From NCBI GenBank assembly GCA_049515535.1, contig JBEKTZ010000008.1:104173-168172 (forward strand): a DNA stretch of 64,000 nt, written 5' to 3'. A model generated the notes under the pieces. That model did not search any database, was not told the origin of the DNA, and worked only from the letters and a program-made list of their open reading frames with translations. The DNA comes from Candidatus Aminicenantales bacterium (GTDB taxonomy: Bacteria > Acidobacteriota > Aminicenantia > Aminicenantales > UBA4085). Numbering within the stretch: position 1 is the first letter of the stretch; each line of letters opens with the position of its first letter. The position numbers were made by a program, and so were the translations under genes. Positions 17,652-27,023 of this stretch are shown one piece after another.

Positions 17652-18926
17652 CTACTTCCACTCCTCGACGATGGCCGCGATAAGGCTGGTCAAGCCTTCG
17701 AGATCGCTCTTGACGATCTTCTCGATGAAGGAATGGGCGGAGGTCCCGGCCCATGACAGCGGGATATCCACGGCGCCGTCGGCGACGAAGACCGAGCCGT
17801 CGTTTCCGCCTCGCGAATTCCTGATCTGGATCGGAATTTTATGCGCCTCGGCGATTTTCGCGACCTTGAAGATCTCGGTCTTGGGCGTGACGTTGCTCGT
17901 GTCGATCGAGCGAAGCACGGCCCCCTTGCCGAGCACCGCATCGGCGAACCGCTTGTTCTCGAGAGGCGAATCCGAAGAGACGAACGTGTCGACGGCAAAG
18001 ACATAATCGGGCTTCATGACCTTGGCCAGCGCCTGGGCGCCGTAGAGGCCGATCTCCTCTTCCACGTCCCAGGCAAAGGTGACCGTCTTCGTTTTGATTT
18101 TCGACCAGTCGAACTGGAGCGCGACGGCCAGCAAAGCGGCGCAGCCGGCCCGGTCATCCACCGCGCGCGTGGCCAAGATGTCAGGGGAGAGATCCACGAT
18201 TCTCTTTTTGAAGAGAACCTGGTCGCCCTCGGCGACGCCGAGATCGCGGACTTCCTTTTCCGTGGAAACCCCGAGATAGACTTCAAAGATATCGGCGGCG
18301 GCTTGCGCCTGGACGGGGTTCTGGGCCGGAGCCTGCGCGGCAAGTTTTGTCTGAGCGGGCTGCGCGGCCGGCTTCTGAGCCGGAGTCGATGCCGGAACGG
18401 TGCCGCGCTGAGGCGCGGGCTGGCCTTGAGGAGGATTTTGCGTCGACGCCTGGGGGGCCGATGTCCGCGTGGGAGCGGCGGCCGCGGTCGGGCCCTGATA
18501 GTAATCCGGCTTGGGCTGGATGATGCCCTCGACCGGTCCTTTAGCCGTATAGATGATAAACGGCCGGGCTTCGCAAGTTTGGGGCAGCAGTCCGCCCCGC
18601 GCCTTCAGCATGACGGTTCCCTGCGGGGTGAGTTTATCGACAACGAATCCCAGTTCGTCCAGATGGGCCACGATGAGAATATGCGGATTCCCCGACCCGA
18701 CCGTGAACCAGACGTTGGACTTCGCGTCCCTCTGGACTTTGAGCGACGACGGCAGGACGGACTGGACAAAATCCGCGACTTTCCCTTCCTGGCTGGAGAG
18801 GCCCGGCACGAGGACGATCTTTCGGAGGAGATCCCAGCTCGAAGCGGTGGGCACGTTCTGCTGGGCCGAAACCGCGAGGTTCAAGGTCAACGCCGACAAA
18901 ATGATGATAAAAGCTGTTTTTCTCAT
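17652..18926 (-). CDS. Secreted M42 family (TET/FrvX-like) aminopeptidase with a Pro/Ala/Gln-rich insertion
   Basis: Signal peptide. M42 metal-ligand motifs AHLDELGF and DDRAGC. A ~65-aa P/A/Q low-complexity insert. Confidence 0.75.
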   Translation of the reverse strand: MRKTAFIIILSALTLNLAVSAQQNVPTASSWDLLRKIVLVPGLSSQEGKVADFVQSVLPSSLKVQRDAKSNVWFTVGSGNPHILIVAHLDELGFVVDKLTPQGTVMLKARGGLLPQTCEARPFIIYTAKGPVEGIIQPKPDYYQGPTAAAAPTRTSAPQASTQNPPQGQPAPQRGTVPASTPAQKPAAQPAQTKLAAQAPAQNPVQAQAAADIFEVYLGVSTEKEVRDLGVAEGDQVLFKKRIVDLSPDILATRAVDDRAGCAALLAVALQFDWSKIKTKTVTFAWDVEEEIGLYGAQALAKVMKPDYVFAVDTFVSSDSPLENKRFADAVLGKGAVLRSIDTSNVTPKTEIFKVAKIAEAHKIPIQIRNSRGGNDGSVFVADGAVDIPLSWAGTSAHSFIEKIVKSDLEGLTSLIAAIVEEWK

Positions 18927-20035
18927 TTGATCCTCCCGGATTGAGCCAGTTGGAAGACCAGCGTTTTTAAGAACTGAACGTCTTTAAGATCGATGATTTC
19001 CGACGGCGTCTGCGCGAATTTGACCGGCAGCGCCAGCATGAGGGCCTCGGTCCCGTCTCCGGCCAAGCCGCTCAAGAGAGCGGAATCCACGCCCGACTGG
19101 TATTGAAGCGGGATCTTGTTCTCACGGGCGACAGCTTCCACGGCGTCTTTGAGCTTCGGCGCGCCGTCCTTCGGCAGGATGAGGACGGGGCCTTTGCCGA
19201 GGGCCGGTCCCTGTTCACTCCGTTCGGCGGGAACGCCGTCGATAAGGATCGCCGCCTTGGGCTGGAGCGTCTTTTTGGCGCGGATAGCGCCGAGCGAGGA
19301 CCTGGCGCCCCCCGAACGGGTGGGATATTTCGACTGGGCCATCCAGGCGAGGACGATTTCCTTGGAGAGTTTCGCCTTGCCCAGCTCGTCGGCCAGCTCC
19401 AGAAGCAGCGCGCATGAGGCTTTCTGGCCAAGCGACGGGCCGGCCCACCTGTCATTGGCCAGGGTGCTGATCTCGGGCCAGAGCGTCACGGCGTCGAGGT
19501 TCTCGACGCCTTTTTTCCTGGCCTCGTCCTCCGACCGGACGCCGATGTCCACATAAGCGAGGTCGAGGGAGAAGTTTTTGAGCTCTTCGCGCCGCTCGCG
19601 CGTGAGCAAATGCATGGCCGGCTGGACGACGATCCCGTAGAGAAGCCCTTTCTGCGTGGATATGACCACCGGATGGCCGAGCAGATAATTATCGAAATTC
19701 GGATGCGGCTGGGAGGAGCGGTCCAAGCGCAAATATCCGTCCGGGGTGATGCCGCTCACGAACCAGCCGTACTCATCCAGGGCCGCCAGGATCGCGAGGC
19801 TTTTATCCCCCGACCCGAGACGGGCATAGAGGCTCCCGAGATTGTCCTTTTCCACGGCGTTTTTCGGAAGATAGGACATGATCTTGGCGGCCAGCGCCTC
19901 CTCGTTTCCCAGGACCGAGGGAATGGAGACGGCCTCCCGGATCAGGTCTTTGATCTCATACGAGGCCGCGGAAGTCGCTCCGAAGACGAGGAGCAGCACC
20001 GCGGGCCAAATCCTGCCGCAAATCCTTTTTTTCAT
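18923..20035 (-). CDS. Secreted M42-like paralog with degenerate metal-binding residues (probable pseudo-peptidase)
   Basis: Same fold-level similarity, but AALDEYGW (His to Ala) and NDRWAG (Asp to Asn). Signal peptide. 4-nt overlap with the downstream M42 gene. Confidence 0.6.
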   Translation of the reverse strand: MKKRICGRIWPAVLLLVFGATSAASYEIKDLIREAVSIPSVLGNEEALAAKIMSYLPKNAVEKDNLGSLYARLGSGDKSLAILAALDEYGWFVSGITPDGYLRLDRSSQPHPNFDNYLLGHPVVISTQKGLLYGIVVQPAMHLLTRERREELKNFSLDLAYVDIGVRSEDEARKKGVENLDAVTLWPEISTLANDRWAGPSLGQKASCALLLELADELGKAKLSKEIVLAWMAQSKYPTRSGGARSSLGAIRAKKTLQPKAAILIDGVPAERSEQGPALGKGPVLILPKDGAPKLKDAVEAVARENKIPLQYQSGVDSALLSGLAGDGTEALMLALPVKFAQTPSEIIDLKDVQFLKTLVFQLAQSGRIK

Positions 20036-20062
20036 GCGATCTCCTTTTGGTGAATCGACGGC

Positions 20063-20123
20063 GGCTGGGGCCCCGGGCTTTGCCCGGGGGTCCACTTCCG
20101 CCGCGAAGGCTCGTCCCTTGACG
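20063..20123. repeat. REP-like GC-rich palindromic element. It is an inverted copy of the element at 54385-54440
   Basis: Its reverse complement reads CAAGGGACGAGCCTTCGCGGCGGAAGTGGACCCCCGGGCAAAGCCCGGGGC, nearly identical to 54385-54440. The core is CCCCGGGC-N4-GCCCGGGG. Confidence 0.5.
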
Positions 20124-20128
20124 GATCG

Positions 20129-22354
20129 TCATTTCTTGAGGAAGCGGCCGAAGAAGTCGTCGGCCGCATTGAACGTGCGCAGCCATTTACGGAAGACCAG
20201 GAAGTCGTGCACTTCATCGGGATAGACAATGAGCTCATGATAGATGTTCCGCGCCCGCAATAGCTGCACGAGTCCGGTCAACTGCGAGAACTCCACGTTG
20301 CGATCGTCATCGCCCTGGACCAGCAGCACGGGCGACGTCCACTTGTCCACCGTGGCGACCACCGACGATTTGAACGCGACGTTGTTGGTGTCCAGCGAGT
20401 TCCCCCAGAGGTGAACGCCGGCGATGTCCACGCCGGCGGCGAAGAGGTCCGAGTTGCGCGAGAGACCCATCGCGGTGAGCAGGCCGCCGTAAGACAAGCC
20501 CCACAACCCGATCCGCTTCGGATCCACGTCGGGCCGCGACTGGAGATATTTTGCCGCGGCATAGATGTCCTGATACTCGGAGGAGCCGCCCTGGCCGCGG
20601 TTGGCAGCCATGCGAAAATCCCGGCCGTAGCCGATGCCGGAGCGGTAATTCACCGAGATGACGACATAACCCTTGGCGGCGAAATACTGATTGACGGCAT
20701 AGGCCAGGTGATAGAAGAACATGTAGTGGTAGCCGAGCAGCATCTGGCGGCCGGGACCGCCGTGGGTGAAGAGGATCGCCGCCCGCTGTTCGCCGGGACG
20801 GATGTCCTTCGGCAGGAAGAGCTGGGTATGGAACTTCAGGCCGTCCTCGGCCGTGAGGATGATCTGTTCCGGGACGACATGGTCTTCGAGGGGAAAGCCG
20901 GCGGGAAGTTTCGTGATGATATCGGTCTTCCCGTCTTGCGTCTCGACGACGGCGATCGAGAGCGGGCGCTTCGCGTCCGCGTACATGATGGCGACTTTGG
21001 CACCGGAAGCGAGCGGCGCGGGCGATGTCTCGATCCCATCGCCCGTGGTGATCTGGACGGACGGCCCTCCCGCCGTCGGCGTACGCCAGAGATCCCGGCG
21101 GTCGATGTCGCCGGCGTTCGAGCTGTAGAAAAGGCTTTTACCGTCCGCCGAAAATCCGATGGTCTCCGCTTCTCCCTCCCCCGGAGTGATGTCGACCGGC
21201 GCCGTATCGGGCCCGCCGGTTGCCGGCACGGAATAATAATGCTGCCAGTTATTGCGTTCGAGCCGGAAGACCAGATGATCTGCCTCCCATTGGATTTCCC
21301 TGATCGCCCGGAAGGAGGCATCGTCGAGCGGATCGCGCCAAACCTCTTCGGTTTTTCCCGACTCCAAATCGAAAACCAAAAAGGCGAGGACATGCCCGTC
21401 CTCGAATTTCGCCGATTGGAATCCCGGACTCGAAGCGATCTTCGGCACCGCCTCTTCTTTCGCCGGAGGCGCGGCCGGGACCGCGGGTCTCGCCGGAAAC
21501 TGACCCCGCCCCGCGGCGACCGTGGCGAGAGCCGCGGCGGTGATCTGGGAAAACGTCGAGCCCGGCCGGCGGATGAAGGCGATCTTTCTGCCATCGGGAG
21601 ACCAAGCCGGGCTGGTATCCTTATCGACCGAAGGCGCTATATACGTGATCCTGCGGCTGGTATGCTCGTAGATACCGATGAAACCATGATCCTTCCGGTC
21701 GCTGACGAAGGCAATCTTCCTGCCGTCGGGCGACCAGCGCGGATCGGCGTTCGTGCCCCACGCGCGGAACAGCGGATAGCGCTCATCGAGCTCCGGACCG
21801 GCCCCGACGCCGGCCGGACTTTTCAATTTCCTGCCCGGCTCCCGGACGGGAACTTCGTAGATCTGGCCGTCTTTCACGAACAGCACCCATTGCCCGTCCG
21901 GAGAGAGCTCCGGCCCCCTTGCCGCGGTCAAGCGAAAAGGCTTTCTCTCATTCGTCCGGACCGCCCAGATCGCCTGTTCGCTGCCGTCGGGGAACGTCGA
22001 GGGATTGGCGTTCCAGCCTTCCCGGTTCGGGTCCGAACCGCGGACGAAGATCACGACGGCGCCGTCGTCCGAAATCGCCAGGCTTTTTGTCTCGGTCCCG
22101 TCGTCCGCGGCAAAATCGGTCAGACGGACAGGCTTGAAGTCCGGAGCCGCGGCGGTATAAACGTTACGCTGTCCCTGTTCGAACTCGATCCAGGCGATGC
22201 GGTCGGCCTTTTTTGCGGAGACCAGTTCCAAGGGGATGGGAGCGCTCAACACCTGCTCGATGGAGAAAGGTTTCTGGGCGAAGATGGAAGGAGCCAGAAG
22301 CAGGACGGCGAGGGCAAGGCTCCCCATGGACGCGCGAAGGCGGAATTCTTTCAT
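20129..22354 (-). CDS. Secreted S9 family serine peptidase (prolyl oligopeptidase/dipeptidyl-peptidase type) with an N-terminal beta-propeller
   Basis: Signal peptide. TolB-like propeller repeats. Catalytic GWSYGG-type motif (GLWGLSYGG), plus DDD and H of the alpha/beta-hydrolase triad near the C-terminus. Confidence 0.85.
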   Translation of the reverse strand: MKEFRLRASMGSLALAVLLLAPSIFAQKPFSIEQVLSAPIPLELVSAKKADRIAWIEFEQGQRNVYTAAAPDFKPVRLTDFAADDGTETKSLAISDDGAVVIFVRGSDPNREGWNANPSTFPDGSEQAIWAVRTNERKPFRLTAARGPELSPDGQWVLFVKDGQIYEVPVREPGRKLKSPAGVGAGPELDERYPLFRAWGTNADPRWSPDGRKIAFVSDRKDHGFIGIYEHTSRRITYIAPSVDKDTSPAWSPDGRKIAFIRRPGSTFSQITAAALATVAAGRGQFPARPAVPAAPPAKEEAVPKIASSPGFQSAKFEDGHVLAFLVFDLESGKTEEVWRDPLDDASFRAIREIQWEADHLVFRLERNNWQHYYSVPATGGPDTAPVDITPGEGEAETIGFSADGKSLFYSSNAGDIDRRDLWRTPTAGGPSVQITTGDGIETSPAPLASGAKVAIMYADAKRPLSIAVVETQDGKTDIITKLPAGFPLEDHVVPEQIILTAEDGLKFHTQLFLPKDIRPGEQRAAILFTHGGPGRQMLLGYHYMFFYHLAYAVNQYFAAKGYVVISVNYRSGIGYGRDFRMAANRGQGGSSEYQDIYAAAKYLQSRPDVDPKRIGLWGLSYGGLLTAMGLSRNSDLFAAGVDIAGVHLWGNSLDTNNVAFKSSVVATVDKWTSPVLLVQGDDDRNVEFSQLTGLVQLLRARNIYHELIVYPDEVHDFLVFRKWLRTFNAADDFFGRFLKK

Positions 22355-22406
22355 GCTCGATCTCCCTTCATTTGAAATAAAAAAAAGACAGGGATCTTTC
22401 AGCGCC

Positions 22407-22793
22407 TCAGCCTTTCAGGATCTGTTCGGCCCGGTCGATATTGGAAACGTCCAAGATGACGGACTGGGTATCCCCTCTGCGGCTGAGCGTTCCATAGCAA
22501 TAATCGATATTGATCCCCTCGTCTCCAAGCTTGCTCGTCAACTCCGCCAGGGCGCCGGGCTTGTTCTCGAGGTCCACGAGCAGCACGTCCCGAAGCTCAT
22601 GATTCGCGTATTCTTCGTGTTTGGACAGCGCTTTGACGGCCTTATTGAGGTTCTTGACGTAGATCTTGGCCGTCTCCTGGAAAACGCCGATGGCCTCGAT
22701 ATTGATCTCCTCTTCGGCCAGGTAGGTGCAGAGATTTCCCAGCGTTGACGGCTTGTCGTCCAGAAGGACGAAAATTTCGGTGATGCGTTCCAT
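22407..22793 (-). CDS. ACT domain-containing protein (tandem ACT)
   Basis: Two ~60-aa ACT-like repeats (VLLDDKPSTLGNL... and LVDLENKPGALAELT...). Confidence 0.6.
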   Translation of the reverse strand: MERITEIFVLLDDKPSTLGNLCTYLAEEEINIEAIGVFQETAKIYVKNLNKAVKALSKHEEYANHELRDVLLVDLENKPGALAELTSKLGDEGINIDYCYGTLSRRGDTQSVILDVSNIDRAEQILKG

Positions 22794-22854
22794 GTGTGCC
22801 CCTCCTCGATGATCTTGGGGTCGGACCTCCGGCTTCGGAAGTCCGATTCCTATC

Positions 22855-24279
22855 TTAATCGAAGATCTTGCCGGGGTTCAAGATGCCGTTCGGATCGAAC
22901 GCCCTCTTGATTCCCCTCATGAGGCCGATGTGCTCCGGCGACAGGCTGCGGGAGAGATATTTCTTTTTGACCAGCCCGATGCCGTGCTCCCCCGAAATGA
23001 CGCCTCCGCGGGCGAGGCCGTCCTCATAAATCTCCTCGCGGATCTTGTCGAACGCTCCCCGCCATTCGGACTCAGGGACCGGGACGATCCGGCCGTTTTC
23101 ACAGCGGGCCTTCATGATGTGCGTATGGACGTTCCCGTCGCCGGCGTGGCCGAACGTCGGCAGCCAGAGCCCGTATTTCGCGGCGATCGCGCGGACGCGC
23201 TTGACGTGGGCCGCGATCTGTCCCCGCGGGACGCAGACGTCCAGAATCTCGATGGTATCCTGCTTGATGGCCTCGTAAATCTTGCTCCGGATGTCCAGGA
23301 CGTCAGCCTGTTTTTTGGGGGTGTCGGCGATGAAAACGTCCAGCGCCCCATGATCGAGCGCGATCGCGGCCGCGCTCTGCGAGAGACGGTCCATTTCGTC
23401 TTCGTCCGCCGCGTCGAGAATGATCAGGAGGTGCGTTTCACCCAGGGAACAAGGCCATGACTTCCGGAGACGATCCGCCGAGATCATGATCACGTCGCAG
23501 GGCATGAATTCCAGGGCGATGGGCAGGATGTTCTTGAGGAGAAGCGGGACGGTCTCGATCGCGGCATCAAGCTCGTCGAAGGGAACGATGAGCGAGCGCG
23601 TCATGGGAGGCTTAGCCAGGAATTGAATGACGGCCTTGGTCACGATCGCCAGGGTCCCTTCCGAGCCGATCATGAGATGGAGCAGGTTATAGCCCGTGCT
23701 GTTCTTGATGAGCTTGCCGCCGAGGTCGAGGATATCGCCCTGCGCCGTCACGATCTCCAGCCCGCGGACATAATTACGAAGGACGCCGTATTTCACGGCC
23801 CGGCTCCCGCCGGCGTTCGTGGCAATCATGCCGCCGATCATGGCGCTCTCGTCTCCAGGGTGAGGTGGGAAATAGAACCCCGCATCCTCGACGGCCTGTT
23901 CGAATTGCCCGAGGGTCAGCCCCGCTTCGACCACGGCCATCTGGTTGGCAATGTCGATTTCGAGGACCCGGTTCATGCGCTCGAGGGAGAGGACGATGCC
24001 GCCCGGCGCCGGAACGCACCCGCCGCATAGTCCCGTCGCCCCGCCGCGGGGCGTCACGGGAATTCTCTCGCGATCGGCGACTTCAAGGATCGCCGCCACC
24101 TGAAAGGAGGACTGCGGTTTCAAGACGAGTTCCGGCATCCGGCCGATATCGCGAAGCGAGAACTCGTCGTGGCTGTAATCGACCATTCCGTCGGGCTCGG
24201 TAATGGAATTTTTCCGGCCGACGATCTCGATGAAAACCTCCCGGATTCCCGGGTCCAGCGTAGAACTCTTCACGCTCAA
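22855..24279 (-). CDS. FAD-linked oxidase (GlcD/D-lactate dehydrogenase family)
   Basis: FAD-binding PCMH domain motifs (RGGATGLCGG) and a C-terminal FAD-oxidase domain (HAGDGNVH). Confidence 0.8.
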   Translation of the reverse strand: MSVKSSTLDPGIREVFIEIVGRKNSITEPDGMVDYSHDEFSLRDIGRMPELVLKPQSSFQVAAILEVADRERIPVTPRGGATGLCGGCVPAPGGIVLSLERMNRVLEIDIANQMAVVEAGLTLGQFEQAVEDAGFYFPPHPGDESAMIGGMIATNAGGSRAVKYGVLRNYVRGLEIVTAQGDILDLGGKLIKNSTGYNLLHLMIGSEGTLAIVTKAVIQFLAKPPMTRSLIVPFDELDAAIETVPLLLKNILPIALEFMPCDVIMISADRLRKSWPCSLGETHLLIILDAADEDEMDRLSQSAAAIALDHGALDVFIADTPKKQADVLDIRSKIYEAIKQDTIEILDVCVPRGQIAAHVKRVRAIAAKYGLWLPTFGHAGDGNVHTHIMKARCENGRIVPVPESEWRGAFDKIREEIYEDGLARGGVISGEHGIGLVKKKYLSRSLSPEHIGLMRGIKRAFDPNGILNPGKIFD

Positions 24280-24400
24280 CTTTTATCATAAGAAATAAGG
24301 AGACACAATACCTATTTCCTTACACTTATTTCCCCATGCGCGCCCCGAATTCAAGGAACCGGGAATCATGCCACGCTATGGAATTAGTGATAAAATGCGT

Positions 24401-24427
24401 GTCAACGAAAGGGCCTTTCCGTTCGTT
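24401..24427 (+). promoter_or_regulatory. Possible ECF-type autoregulatory promoter (GTCAAC-N17-CGTT) upstream of the sigma factor gene
   Basis: AAC-N17-CGT spacing resembles ECF promoters. It lies ~20 nt upstream of the ATG within an AT-rich island. Confidence 0.3.
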
Positions 24428-24446
24428 TTCATAGATAGACAGGATC

Positions 24447-25022
24447 ATGGAAGAAGAAAAGTCCATCCAACTGGCCAGGGAAGGGGATCCCGGAGCCTTA
24501 CGCGCCCTTTATGACGGGCATCGACAGCGGGTTTTGTCACTGGCCTATCGGTATCTCCGAAACCGGGCGGACGCCGAAGATGTCCTGCAGGAAACGTTCA
24601 TCAAGGCTTATCATTCCCTGTCCCGCTACAACCCGGATAAAGGCCTGAATTTCTCCTGCTGGCTCAACAAGATCTGCATAAACGCCAGTATCGACGCCCT
24701 GCGGAGAAACAGGGTCAAGGGGATGCCCGTCACTGCCGTCGGGGACGTGGCCGATATGCCGGACCCATCGAACTCTTCCGATCCCGAGCGGACGGCGCGG
24801 AATAGGGAAATTCGCGAACGGATCGATAGCGCTTTGAACGACTTATCCCCAAAGCAGCGCATGATTTTCACTCTGCGGCACTATCAGGAATACAGCATCC
24901 GGGAGATCGCGGAACACATGGAATCGACCGAGGGAAGCATAAAAAAACATCTTTTTCGGGCCGTCGAGACGCTCAAAAAACGGCTCAAACGGTTCGTCAT
25001 GGAGGACGGCTATGAAGTGTGA
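24447..25022 (+). CDS. RNA polymerase sigma-70 factor, ECF subfamily
   Basis: Region 2 (DVLQETFIKAY) and region 4 (SIREIAEHMESTEGSIKKHLFRA) signatures. ~190 aa. Confidence 0.85.
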   Translation: MEEEKSIQLAREGDPGALRALYDGHRQRVLSLAYRYLRNRADAEDVLQETFIKAYHSLSRYNPDKGLNFSCWLNKICINASIDALRRNRVKGMPVTAVGDVADMPDPSNSSDPERTARNREIRERIDSALNDLSPKQRMIFTLRHYQEYSIREIAEHMESTEGSIKKHLFRAVETLKKRLKRFVMEDGYEV

Positions 25023-25743
25023 CACAGCTAAAGGCCTGATCATTCTCGATCTCTACGGCGAGCTCGGAGACGCCGAAAAGGCCGGACTCCACGATCACAT
25101 CCAGCGCTGCCGCGCCTGTTCGGAAGAGCTGGCCCTGACAAAAAAAGTCTTCAGCCTGCTCGATGACAACCGGCCCGCCGAAGCGCCGGCCGCGGATTGG
25201 GAAAAAGCGTGGCGCGGCATCCAGGGCGGCCTGTCGCGCCCGCCCTCGAACCGCCGTTTCTTCGGTCTGCCCGGCCGGCGGTGGGTCTTCGCCGGATCGG
25301 TCCTCACCCTGGTCTTGATCGCCGGGATCCTCATCGGAAAATACGGCCTCGCTCCTTCTTCCCCGCCGGCCGCCATCGCGGCCCGGACGACTCCGGATTC
25401 CTCCTCTTCCCCCAACGGCATCCGGCCGGCCTTCGCCGCGCACCTCGACGACCTCAAGCCGATCCTTGTCGATTACGCCCATTTCGAACCGGGCGAGAAG
25501 GCCGGGCAAAGGATCGCCGTCGACGAAAATGTTCTCCGCGGACTCATTCTTCAAAACCTTCTCTTGAAAAGAAAACTCGCGGAAAAGGACCCGGCAGCGG
25601 CCGATCTTTTAGACGATATCGACGTCGTCCTCAGGGAAATCACGAACCAGGGAGCGCAAGACGCTCAATCCCCGGCCCAGATCAGAGATCTGATCGAGCG
25701 GCGGGATATCCTTTTTAAATTGGAAATCTTGAAAAAGATCTAG
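25012..25743 (+). CDS. Putative anti-sigma factor (zinc-finger, single TM)
   Basis: 11-nt overlap with the sigma gene. N-terminal HxxxCxxC (HDHIQRCRAC). One TM helix. Confidence 0.6.
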   Translation: MKCDTAKGLIILDLYGELGDAEKAGLHDHIQRCRACSEELALTKKVFSLLDDNRPAEAPAADWEKAWRGIQGGLSRPPSNRRFFGLPGRRWVFAGSVLTLVLIAGILIGKYGLAPSSPPAAIAARTTPDSSSSPNGIRPAFAAHLDDLKPILVDYAHFEPGEKAGQRIAVDENVLRGLILQNLLLKRKLAEKDPAAADLLDDIDVVLREITNQGAQDAQSPAQIRDLIERRDILFKLEILKKI

Positions 25744-25754
25744 GAGGAATACCC

Positions 25755-27005
25755 ATGAAAACCATGAAAACGATCTTCGTCATCCTTGCTTTCGGCCTGA
25801 TCTTCGGAAACATGGCCTCGGCGCAGGTCAAAGACGCCGACAAGACAAAGGAAACGATCGACAGAGCCAAGGAACAGATCCAGCTAGCCTATGACCAGGC
25901 CAAAAAAGCCATCAGCCTCAAGGACTGGAAAACGGCCATCGAAGCCTGCCGGAAGATCGCGGCCGAAAACGGCAAAAGCGGCTATTACGGAGAATCCCTC
26001 TACTGGCTCGGCTACAGCATGGACCGATTCGCCAATTCGCTCGAGGACATGAAACTGCAGTTCAAGAATAAGGAAATGGCGATCGAAGAGCTGAATGTGC
26101 TTCTCCAAAAGATGCCGGAAAGTACATGGGCCAGGGACGCCAAGCTCCTTCGGCTCGAGATCGCCGAAGGACTGGCCAACAAGGGCCTGTCCGGTTACCA
26201 GAAATACATCGACGAAAGTCTGGCGGGCGGCGTTGCCGAAGGCGTGAGTGGCGGCGTGGCGGGCAGCGGCTGGAACCAGAAAAAGACCGACGCCGATACG
26301 AAACTGTACTGGAACCAGAAAAAGACCGACCCCGATACGGAACTGAAGCTCGTCGCTTTGGATGCGCTCATGCAGATGGACAGAGAGAAAGCCTTCCCGA
26401 TCCTCGAGAAAATGGTCCGGGAGGAGCAAAAACCGGAACTCAAGGAAAAGGCGCTTTTCGTCCTCAGCCAGTCTAGAGATCCAAAGGTCGTTCCGATCCT
26501 CGCCGAGCTGGCCACGAAAGATCCCTCGGACAAAATCCGGCAGACGGCCGTTTTTTGGCTCGGGCAGAGGCACGACGACGAGAGCCTGGCCGCCTTGTTG
26601 AAGATCTACGACGCCGCGGCCGCCGACTCGAAGCTCAAAGAGAACCTGATCATGGGCTTTGCTCAGAGCAAGAACGAGAAGGCCGGGGCCAAGATAATAG
26701 AAATCGCTAAAAACGACAAAGACCCCATAGCCCGGGAACGCGCCGTCTTCTGGCTGTCGCAGAGAAAGGGAGATGAGGTCCTGGCCGTCCTCCTGGATGT
26801 CTATTCTCAAACGGACAACGCGAAGCTCAAACAACAGGTCATCTTTTCCATCGCCCAGAACAAGAGCCCCAAGGCCGTCCAGACGCTGATCGACATCGCC
26901 CGCAAGGAAAAAGACTTTGAAATGAAAAAACAGATCGTCTTCTGGCTCGGCCAATCGAAGAGCGAGGAGGCGATCAAGTTCCTCAAGGAAATCCTGGATA
27001 AATGA
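25755..27005 (+). CDS. Secreted HEAT-repeat protein (PBS-lyase-like repeats)
   Basis: Signal peptide. Reiterated ~31-aa repeats with an A(V/I)FWLGQ core. Contains an in-frame 39-bp tandem duplication. Confidence 0.6.
   Translation: MKTMKTIFVILAFGLIFGNMASAQVKDADKTKETIDRAKEQIQLAYDQAKKAISLKDWKTAIEACRKIAAENGKSGYYGESLYWLGYSMDRFANSLEDMKLQFKNKEMAIEELNVLLQKMPESTWARDAKLLRLEIAEGLANKGLSGYQKYIDESLAGGVAEGVSGGVAGSGWNQKKTDADTKLYWNQKKTDPDTELKLVALDALMQMDREKAFPILEKMVREEQKPELKEKALFVLSQSRDPKVVPILAELATKDPSDKIRQTAVFWLGQRHDDESLAALLKIYDAAAADSKLKENLIMGFAQSKNEKAGAKIIEIAKNDKDPIARERAVFWLSQRKGDEVLAVLLDVYSQTDNAKLKQQVIFSIAQNKSPKAVQTLIDIARKEKDFEMKKQIVFWLGQSKSEEAIKFLKEILDK
26270..26347 (+). repeat. Perfect-frame 39-bp tandem duplication (2 copies) inside the HEAT-repeat gene, encoding WNQKKTD(A/P)DT(K/E)L(Y/K)
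   Basis: CTGGAACCAGAAAAAGACCGAC.CCGATACG.AACTG repeated head-to-tail with 3 mismatches. Confidence 0.7.
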
Positions 27006-27023
27006 CGGGATGGACGGGCAGCA

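Noticed and set aside
20411-22375. 654-aa + strand ORF
   Set aside because: Antisense to the S9 peptidase gene. Low-complexity R/G/A/D composition and no motifs.
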